Assembly: GCA_048884965.1 (NCBI GenBank)
Contig: JBHLQH010000068.1
Coordinates: forward strand, 1-11,397
DNA length: 11,397 nucleotides
Reading direction: 5' to 3'
From: Candidatus Thorarchaeota archaeon
GTDB lineage: Archaea > Asgardarchaeota > Thorarchaeia > Thorarchaeales > Thorarchaeaceae
The position numbers and the translations under genes were made by a program. Under the pieces are notes generated by a model. That model was not told where the DNA came from, searched no databases, and saw only the letters and a list, made by a program, of their open reading frames with translations. Position 1 is the first letter of the stretch; every line of letters starts with the position of its first letter. Shown here in pieces: positions 1 through 5,952 of the stretch.

Positions 1-2
1 TC

Positions 3-263
3 GACGAGTTCAAGCGGACCATGGAGGTCTCGGAACGATTCCTGAGAAGCAGGCTAGAGGTCATCGAACTCATCCTGGAAGAGTGGAAGAGTCTTCCCCA
101 AGATGTTCAGGAGGGCGGGGAAGGAAAGCGTCTTCTGGAAGTGGTAACCGTCTTCGAGGCTTGGTTCAGCAGCTACTTGGACCTTCTTTCGGATTACAAT
201 AAGCGATTCAATGAACGAATGAAGGAATTGGAGAAGGAACTCTTCCAGTTGAAAGGTCTTTGA
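3..263 (+). CDS. 5'-truncated gene; helical/coiled-coil C-terminus, possibly of a GbsR/MarR-like transcriptional regulator
   Basis: The frame of ORF 21..263 stays open to the window edge (DEFKRTMEVSERF...). The sequence is charged and amphipathic-helical. It stops at 263, 4 nt from the convergent ferredoxin stop. No HTH is visible in the window, so the family call is weak. Confidence 0.5.
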   Translation, partial: DEFKRTMEVSERFLRSRLEVIELILEEWKSLPQDVQEGGEGKRLLEVVTVFEAWFSSYLDLLSDYNKRFNERMKELEKELFQLKGL

Positions 264-267
264 GGAC

Positions 268-621
268 TCAACCGCAGCACGAGGATTTCGTACTGCTACA
301 TCCACACGATGAGTCGGAGTCAGAGCTCTCAGGCTGTTCCTTAGCACCGACCACGGTGTCCTCGCATTCTCCACGTCGCCGAGCGGACTGGTTCCAGATA
401 CATCCACAGCCCACATTCGTCACCGTGATGGCATTGCCTAGGCAGTTCTTTGCACAGGCAGTGCAGTTGGTACAGTCATCCGGACGTGCCATGATAGCAG
501 GACCCTTCTCAGGGAGCTCCCAGACATTGAATGGGCAGACCTCTAGGCAGAGCCCACACCTATTGCATGCTAGTGGATTGTACAGTAAATCTGTTCGTCG
601 TTCTTGAACTGTAATCGTCAT
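268..621 (-). CDS. hgcB: HgcB-like 2x[4Fe-4S] ferredoxin with extended Cys-rich C-terminal tail (divergent from canonical HgcB)
   Basis: Two CxxCxxCxxxC motifs (CNRCGLCLEVCP, C19-C29; CTNCTACAKNC, C50-C60). These are followed by AITVTNVGC, resembling HgcB AIxVxxGVGC, and a terminal vicinal Cys pair (SSCCG*). The gene starts 4 nt after the hgcA-like stop. The second motif deviates from canonical C(M/I)ECGAC. Confidence 0.82.
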   Translation of the reverse strand: MTITVQERRTDLLYNPLACNRCGLCLEVCPFNVWELPEKGPAIMARPDDCTNCTACAKNCLGNAITVTNVGCGCIWNQSARRRGECEDTVVGAKEQPESSDSDSSCGCSSTKSSCCG

Positions 622-625
622 ATTA

Positions 626-2338
626 TCACCAACCTAGGATGAATGTAAGGATATTGAACCCGATGATGAAGAGACCTCCGATCTTCAGTGTCCATATCAG
701 ATAAGGATACTCTTGTCTTATGACCTTTGGGTCGCTCACAGGAGTCATACCTGCGAAGTCCATTGTCAGAGTAATGGATAGCACGAATTGAGCTGCTAGC
801 CATGTGACGAAAAGTGTCCAGTGGGCGTTCAGGAGGAACATAATGATAGCAGCCACTGGCATGGTAATCAGAGCAAAGCCAATGCCTCGACGAATAAAGG
901 AGTTGTCCTTCGAAGGCAGAACCGGGAAGATCAGACCTAGTACCAGTGCATTTCCAAGGAGCGCCAGAAGGAACTGGAGAACTAAGAGAGATACTGAGAG
1001 GCTTGTGGGCAATAGCAATGAGAATACCGCTGGGAGGAGAAAGAATAGGAAAGCATTGATTCCTAACAATCCAACCACCAAAGCAGCAAATGGCTTCCAT
1101 AGGATCGCAGCGAAAAGGAAGGGGACGTGTGCCACTGTCATCTCCAGTCGTTCTTTGAGATTGAAGGTCACAGAAGCCATCTCTCTCGGCTTTGGCCGGG
1201 GCTTCTCTAGGTTCATCCATTTTGATAGGTCCTGAATCCTCACTGGGCCATATTTCACCCTGAAACCTGTTCTTTCTCGAATCTCAGTCGTATCCATCCC
1301 TGCAGCTGCAAGCTGAGGTAGAATCAGCTCTCGATGATTCACAATCCTCTGAAGTTCAGTCATCCTGATCATATGGATAACATCATCGCTATTGAAGTGA
1401 ATTCCACGAGCAGCACACCAGACATTGATGCCATCAGTGTCGCAGACCAATACCCAAGCCTCGATATTGTCCTTTGCTAATGCTCGCATGACAGTATAGT
1501 ACGTCAGCTCATAGTTTGCTGTCACAATGACAGGACTATCAGGAGATGGATTGCCTATCTTGAAGAGACCCGGTTGTACAGGCATGCCCCTCCAGCTGCC
1601 TGTAAGATGATTATACCAGATTCGACTCCTCGCACCGATTCCTGTGTAGGGGCGATCTAGGTTTGTATAGGGATTGGGTACTTCCTGTGATCCATTGGTA
1701 CCAACAACGAAGGTTATCTCAGAACCGTATGACTCGATGGTATCAATCTCTAGTCCAGCAATCTGAACGAGTTGAGTAAGGTCAATGACAGGCGGAGGGA
1801 GTCGTTTTCCAGCTTGTTTCTCAGCATCTCTACGATTCGTCCAGAATCTCTTTTCGTCCGCACGTTTCTTGGGGAGGGTCTCTGAGGCAATAGCAAATAC
1901 TCCATTCTCTTTTAGCAGGCCTCTCACAATTTTCATGAAGAGGTCTCGACGAGATGGCTTGAGTTCGGATAGTAAGAACGTACTGACAATAAGGTCGAAC
2001 CTTTCCGATGGATCCAGTTGCTTGTCGATGTCTTCGCCTACTTGCAAGACATCCTGATGAATGAAATCCGGAGGGTTATTCATTTCTTTTACCTTTGCCC
2101 GCGCCGTGTGAATCATCTCTTCGTTGGCATCGATTCCAACCACAGCAGCACCCTTCATCGAAGCCTCAATGACGAACAATCCGGGACCGCAACCAAGGTC
2201 TAATACCTTCATTCCAGGTTTGACCAGATCAAGTATCTTCTCTCGAATCTGAGAGGCACGTCCATCAAGCACCTTGTCGAAGGCTTGATCATATGTTTCA
2301 GGCTCTCTTTCAAGAGCTGCCATAAATGCGACTGCCAA
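626..2338 (-). CDS. hgcA: Fusion of class I SAM-dependent methyltransferase (aa ~1-215) and HgcA-like corrinoid-binding domain with transmembrane region (aa ~235-570)
   Basis: N-terminus: SAM motif I VLDLGCGPG, VVGID, FDLIVS and LLKENG. Centre: the HgcA/CdhD-like motif series PVQPGLFKIGNPSPDSPVIVTANYELT, DTDGINVWCAARG, HRELILPQLAAAG, TGFRVKYGPVR and EMASVTFNLKERL. C-terminus: about 5 hydrophobic helices with PVLPSKDNSFIRRG and MDFAGMTP matching HgcA TM-region motifs. TTG start at 2338 has a strong SD; ATG at 2323 is an alternative start. The symbol denotes homology only. Confidence 0.9.
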   Translation of the reverse strand: MAVAFMAALEREPETYDQAFDKVLDGRASQIREKILDLVKPGMKVLDLGCGPGLFVIEASMKGAAVVGIDANEEMIHTARAKVKEMNNPPDFIHQDVLQVGEDIDKQLDPSERFDLIVSTFLLSELKPSRRDLFMKIVRGLLKENGVFAIASETLPKKRADEKRFWTNRRDAEKQAGKRLPPPVIDLTQLVQIAGLEIDTIESYGSEITFVVGTNGSQEVPNPYTNLDRPYTGIGARSRIWYNHLTGSWRGMPVQPGLFKIGNPSPDSPVIVTANYELTYYTVMRALAKDNIEAWVLVCDTDGINVWCAARGIHFNSDDVIHMIRMTELQRIVNHRELILPQLAAAGMDTTEIRERTGFRVKYGPVRIQDLSKWMNLEKPRPKPREMASVTFNLKERLEMTVAHVPFLFAAILWKPFAALVVGLLGINAFLFFLLPAVFSLLLPTSLSVSLLVLQFLLALLGNALVLGLIFPVLPSKDNSFIRRGIGFALITMPVAAIIMFLLNAHWTLFVTWLAAQFVLSITLTMDFAGMTPVSDPKVIRQEYPYLIWTLKIGGLFIIGFNILTFILGW

Positions 2339-2340
2339 CT

Positions 2341-2733
2341 CTAGACCTCCTTCATAACGCCAACGAATTTCTTCACTGCTTCTCTACAGTCATCAGACAA
2401 TGAGTAATAGGTCCACCGCCCTCTTCGTTCACTATGGAGACACCCAGACTCCCGCAATTGTCTAAGATGGTGTGAAACTAGAGGTTGCCGCTCCTCATTG
2501 AGTGCGGCTTGGAATTCGCAGACGCACGCTTCACCAATCCTGTAAAGGAAAAGCACAATGCCTGTGCGGATTCCAGCTGAGAATATGGTAGAACTGAGCG
2601 GAGAGAAAGATTCCACAAATTTTTCCATTGCTTCAAGACGTGTTTCATACGGGACGCAACAAGGTGCTTTCTCAGGAACCTCCTTGCAGAACTTCTGAAG
2701 GTTCTCAACTCGTTCAACATAATCGCGGGTCAT
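2341..2733 (-). CDS. arsR: ArsR/SmtB-family metal(loid)-sensing transcriptional repressor
   Basis: Winged HTH signature RTGIVLFL...EACVCEF...QPLVSHHLRQLRESG...ERRGRWTYYSL. It carries an alpha3 ELCVCD-like motif (C70, C72) and N-terminal C16, C25 and C26. The stop lies 2 nt before the start of the methyltransferase-HgcA gene. Confidence 0.92.
   Translation of the reverse strand: MTRDYVERVENLQKFCKEVPEKAPCCVPYETRLEAMEKFVESFSPLSSTIFSAGIRTGIVLFLYRIGEACVCEFQAALNEERQPLVSHHLRQLRESGCLHSERRGRWTYYSLSDDCREAVKKFVGVMKEV
2345..2352 (-). promoter_or_regulatory. Shine-Dalgarno site (AAGGAGGT) for the methyltransferase-HgcA fusion, embedded in the last arsR codons
   Basis: The minus strand reads ATG AAG GAG GTC TAG AG TTG, placing AAGGAGGT 6 nt before the TTG at 2338. 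Confidence 0.75.
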
Positions 2734-2753
2734 AGATGTTCGTATAAGTCTAA

Positions 2754-2763
2754 TTTATATAAA
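2754..2763 (-). promoter_or_regulatory. Archaeal TATA box for the arsR-hgcA-like-hgcB-like operon (probably leaderless transcript)
   Basis: TTTATATAAA lies 21-30 nt upstream of the arsR ATG (2733), the typical TATA distance for a leaderless archaeal mRNA. There is no SD before arsR. Confidence 0.7.
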
Positions 2764-2785
2764 CCTAGTGAATATAGTAATACTT

Positions 2786-2857
2786 GCCATCCTGAAAAGG
2801 GGTCTGTACAAATCAATGCTTCAGACCCCATGGCAGGATAGCTGCCATGAAGTCTGA
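2786..2857 (-). other. Overlapping inverted repeats able to form two mutually exclusive RNA hairpins (terminator/attenuator-like element or operator)
   Basis: Minus strand hairpin 1: UCAGACUUCAUGGCAG-CUAUC-CUGCCAUGGGGUCUGA (2857-2821), a 16-bp stem with two U-G pairs. Alternative hairpin 2: GCUAUCCUG-CCAU-GGGGUCUG (2842-2822) pairs with CAGACCCC-UUUU-CAGGAUGGC (2806-2786). Confidence 0.6.
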
Positions 2858-2890
2858 GCTATGATGCATGAAATGAACTGTGAAACATCT

Positions 2891-3730
2891 TCAGAATCCT
2901 GAAAGGAACCTAACGAAGTCAACGATCCAGTGAAATGCCATTGCGCTTTCAAGATTGCGCCTAAGAGCAAGGATTGTTGGTGGAAGTCCAAATAGAAGGC
3001 CCATAGCAGCTCCATAGGCGATCGCGAATACTGGCTGCACGACGAACAAATCACTCATGTGACTATAGTTATGGACTATAAGGGACAGGAAAGCAGCAAG
3101 CGGCACTGCATGGTTGGGGACATACTTGCTGAAAACAAACCATAGCATGTTCAGAAAGGCAAGCCGATAGATAATCTCCTCAACCATTCCAGGCTGCAAT
3201 GCCCTAAGTGCAGAAAGGAATGGATCCTGCCAAATGAAGGGTTGTCCTTCCATGAGTGTGAATGCATATGCATTTATGACAGCAAATGGAATTCCGATTA
3301 GCAGTCCAACAAGAATACCTTTACCTACGTCAGCGAATTTTCTCTCAGACGTTGCCAAGTGTACAGGGCCATCTTTCTTCCTCATGATTAAGCCAGCTGA
3401 GAGAATAATGCTTATCGACACACCGTGACCGATTGAAGTAAGAATTGGGTCGTAGAATCTCAGGATTGCATAAAACGTGGTAAAAGTAATTGAAATCCCT
3501 AACAACAACCCGACAGCTATCACAAGCAGAACATCATCTCGAGTTAGCAGTGAATATCCCTTGAACAGAATGGGTACTGATAGGAAAAGAACTCCCAAGT
3601 TAAAGATATCAAATAGCATCAGGACTTCAGTCGAGATTGCCAGTAATGTTCTTACAACAAATATGGCAAGTACAATCAAATAGAGAAGAAGAGGTACGAT
3701 CCAATTCCTCTCAGAAATGTTCGAAGTCAA
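2891..3730 (-). CDS. CPBP (Abi/CAAX protease type II) family intramembrane glutamic endopeptidase
   Basis: Multi-TM protein with the EExxxR motif (PGMVEEIIYR), HNYSH and the late HxxxD/N motif (AMAFHWIVDF). TTG start. Confidence 0.85.
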   Translation of the reverse strand: MTSNISERNWIVPLLLYLIVLAIFVVRTLLAISTEVLMLFDIFNLGVLFLSVPILFKGYSLLTRDDVLLVIAVGLLLGISITFTTFYAILRFYDPILTSIGHGVSISIILSAGLIMRKKDGPVHLATSERKFADVGKGILVGLLIGIPFAVINAYAFTLMEGQPFIWQDPFLSALRALQPGMVEEIIYRLAFLNMLWFVFSKYVPNHAVPLAAFLSLIVHNYSHMSDLFVVQPVFAIAYGAAMGLLFGLPPTILALRRNLESAMAFHWIVDFVRFLSGF

Positions 3731-3849
3731 TCAAGCATCACTGAAATCCTGAGCCTTCTCGATGTGGTTAAATACCCTATTCTAAGGACCAATGTTTTGA
3801 CATGCTTCAATATGCAGAAGAACGTGCAAAACTTGCTTAATGCTTAGTA

Positions 3850-4758
3850 CTATAATGGCCGCTCCTTGACTGCATGCTGGAAGCGCGACATCTCGTGTAG
3901 GAAGTCAGAGCCTTTTCGCAGGATTTCCATTGGATCCTTTACGATGTAACTTATTCTGTACTCAAGACCGAAATTACTCTCGGCCCAGAATATAATCTCG
4001 GGCTTGATAAGAAACTCTTTAGTCCAGCGCGAACGGACTTCTTCAAAATATGTGTCGACCTTATCCATATTATAGTCCTTGTGTACTGAGAGTGGAAACG
4101 AATAACGATAGACCTCCGTCCCTTTGGTCAATGTTCGCAAACCATGAAGCGCAGATTTGAGCCGACTTGATTTTCCTTCATCCTCATGAATATCTGTACC
4201 TTTCTCTGCTAGCAGGTCATCAACCCGAACACGATAGTTTGTCACTTGCGAGTCGACGACTTTGTTGTTTGGCACGTATTCCTTGGTGTAATCCGGTTGA
4301 AGCAGTCTTGTGTAATTGAGTGTGATTTCGAGAACGATTCCCTCAATATCTCCTATCTTCACATAGTCACCGACACGGAAGGGTCTTGCCCCTAGAACAT
4401 AGAACCCACTCACCATATTTGACAATGCTCTTGAGAATGCAAGACCTATGGCAGTCCCGAAGAGTGCTCCTCCCGTTATGATGGTGGTCTCAGGTATAAC
4501 CGTTATCGCAGAAAGCGTAGTGGTTAGAGCAAAAGCGAAAAAGAGCAATCGCAGCATCAGTTTGACTCCACTGGTTGCTTCAGCGGGCATTCCAACTTTT
4601 CTGAAGGTCAGGGTAAGTGTACGCATAACAATCAGATACATTATGTAGATGACAATCAGAAAAGGAAAGATTGCTATGAGAGGTGCCCAGTTTTGGAGAT
4701 TGTATGGTTGTAGGAGGGCTGCGATAATCCCAACGAACTCAGTAAATATATCCTGCAT
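3850..4758 (-). CDS. mscS: Small-conductance mechanosensitive channel (MscS family)
   Basis: N-terminal TM helices, then GTAIGLAFSRALSNMVSGFYVLGARPFRVGDYVKIGDIEGIVLEITLNYTRL and VPNNKV, the MscS TM3/beta-domain signature. Confidence 0.9.
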   Translation of the reverse strand: MQDIFTEFVGIIAALLQPYNLQNWAPLIAIFPFLIVIYIMYLIVMRTLTLTFRKVGMPAEATSGVKLMLRLLFFAFALTTTLSAITVIPETTIITGGALFGTAIGLAFSRALSNMVSGFYVLGARPFRVGDYVKIGDIEGIVLEITLNYTRLLQPDYTKEYVPNNKVVDSQVTNYRVRVDDLLAEKGTDIHEDEGKSSRLKSALHGLRTLTKGTEVYRYSFPLSVHKDYNMDKVDTYFEEVRSRWTKEFLIKPEIIFWAESNFGLEYRISYIVKDPMEILRKGSDFLHEMSRFQHAVKERPL

Positions 4759-4827
4759 ATCTAATAGCTCCCCGAGTAGATGAAAAGTAATTGTGATAGT
4801 CAGTTAAATGATTTCGCAAATGATGAC

Positions 4828-4868
4828 AGAAAAAAGAAAATGGGAGCGCCGCCAGAGAGCGTCGCCCC
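4828..4868 (-). terminator. Hairpin plus U-tract terminator downstream of the 4891 membrane-protein gene
   Basis: Minus strand GGGGCGACGC-TCTCTG-GCGGCGCTCC (9 of 10 pairs, including one G-U), followed by CATTTTCTTTTTTCT. It begins 22 nt after the stop codon. Confidence 0.7.
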
Positions 4869-4890
4869 TAGTTTCACAGAATCATCTCAC

Positions 4891-5808
4891 CTACGAAGTG
4901 GGTTGTATCTTTGGCTCAAGGGTAGCTCCCTTGAGAGATTTGTGGATATTCGTGAGGCCAAATATCAGAGCGGGAAGGAGGAAGAGGAGAAAGATAAAGG
5001 CCCCAATCGCTGTCCACGCTGTGAGGGCTGCAAAGAGTACATCCGTCATTGGATTCGGGATGATGCCTTGTGATACAAGATACACAGAATACACAGATAG
5101 CGGTCCAACGAGAATGAAGATGACCAGCATGAACAGAATAAGGAATCCAAACACTCTGTTCATATTCCCTCGAACTGTCCTGAATGAATACTTCAAGGCG
5201 TCCATTGCTCCCATGTCATCAACAATAGCAGGACATACGAGAGAGAAGAGCCCCAGCATGATGAAGAAGTAGATGAATCCAATAATCCCTTCAATCCAAT
5301 CGACAGGCCATGGAATTGTTCCAAAGCCGTACGCCCAGCTGATGATGTAGCCAACGATCAGAGCAGGAAGGCCGATGACGATGGCAAGAAGGATACCTCC
5401 AACAATGAGAGGAACGAACTTCTTCCTGAGCCAAGTGAAGGCATGCTCAACGCGTGTGTCCTGTGTTTCAATGTATTCCTTTGCAATACCAAAGAGTGCA
5501 CCAAGTACCCATATGGCCAGGGCAGATAGAGGTAATATCACTCCAAGGAAAGAAACTGAAAGAATAACCGCTACACTGCCTGAAGTGAGGGGTAATGTCC
5601 ATGCTACAAGAGTTTCTACCCACTGCGTGATGAAATCAGCAGAGGGATCAAGCAACCATACAGCAAGACCAATTGGCAGAGTTATCACTGCGAAGGTAAG
5701 ACCCAGAATAACAAGAATGCCTATGATGGCAAGAAAGAAGGTAAGTATCTTGCTTTTTGCCATAGATAGACCCAGTTTCAGATCGTCATATGCTTGCATA
5801 TTGACCAT
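4891..5808 (-). CDS. Uncharacterised integral membrane protein (about 6 TM; resembles GDPD-membrane-domain/DUF975-like proteins)
   Basis: Long hydrophobic segments and an internal PAIVDDMGAMDALKYSFRTVRGN motif typical of this loose family. ATG 5808 is preferred over TTG 5859 because a TATA-like TTATTTAA lies 27-34 nt upstream of it. Confidence 0.7.
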   Translation of the reverse strand: MVNMQAYDDLKLGLSMAKSKILTFFLAIIGILVILGLTFAVITLPIGLAVWLLDPSADFITQWVETLVAWTLPLTSGSVAVILSVSFLGVILPLSALAIWVLGALFGIAKEYIETQDTRVEHAFTWLRKKFVPLIVGGILLAIVIGLPALIVGYIISWAYGFGTIPWPVDWIEGIIGFIYFFIMLGLFSLVCPAIVDDMGAMDALKYSFRTVRGNMNRVFGFLILFMLVIFILVGPLSVYSVYLVSQGIIPNPMTDVLFAALTAWTAIGAFIFLLFLLPALIFGLTNIHKSLKGATLEPKIQPTS

Positions 5809-5834
5809 CGATTTGCTTCTCTCACGCCTCCTGC

Positions 5835-5842
5835 TTAAATAA
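5835..5842 (-). promoter_or_regulatory. Putative TATA box for the 4891-5808 gene
   Basis: Minus strand AAACATTATTTAAG, 27-34 nt upstream of ATG 5808. Confidence 0.45.
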
Positions 5843-5952
5843 TGTTTGATAGATACCAAACGTTGATTTCTTGAAACTCACATTATACTGGGAATTCACT
5901 CCAAGATTCCGAGCAATTGCTTTATGATTCAGTTCATGTTCTCAATGAAAGG

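Noticed and set aside
208-270. Selenocysteine read-through of the ferredoxin TGA after Cys-Cys-Gly
   Set aside because: Read-through would run antisense into the convergent gene and no SECIS-like element is evident. A terminal CC is the normal HgcB ending.
618-1220. 200-aa alternative-frame ORF on the minus strand
   Set aside because: It lies almost entirely within the HgcA-like gene in another frame and has no recognisable motifs.
1583-1593. Internal GGAGG followed by ATG (M252) at the start of the corrinoid domain, as a possible internal start
   Set aside because: The spacing is only 3 nt and is explained by Trp-Arg-Gly codons. Starting here would also cut off the segment that normally precedes PGL in HgcA.
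626-1640. Annotation as a Wood-Ljungdahl CFeSP subunit (CdhD/CdhE)
   Set aside because: It has a C-terminal TM region, a cap-helix Cys and an adjacent HgcB-like gene, and there are no other cdh/acs genes in the window. This fits the HgcA branch.
626-2338. Calling this a confirmed mercury-methylation hgcAB locus
   Set aside because: Both diagnostic motifs deviate (NVWCAARG versus NVWCAAGK; CTNCTAC versus CMECGAC) and the extra MTase domain is non-canonical. Homology is clear, but Hg methylation is unproven.
2786-2857. Cobalamin riboswitch, SECIS or CRISPR repeat interpretation of the hairpin element
   Set aside because: I see no B12-box consensus, no AUGA/GA SECIS core and no regularly spaced direct repeats with spacers.
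2821-3054. 77-aa ORF overlapping the CPBP 3' end
   Set aside because: It is a shadow frame of the CPBP gene running into the hairpin region, with no independent start signals.
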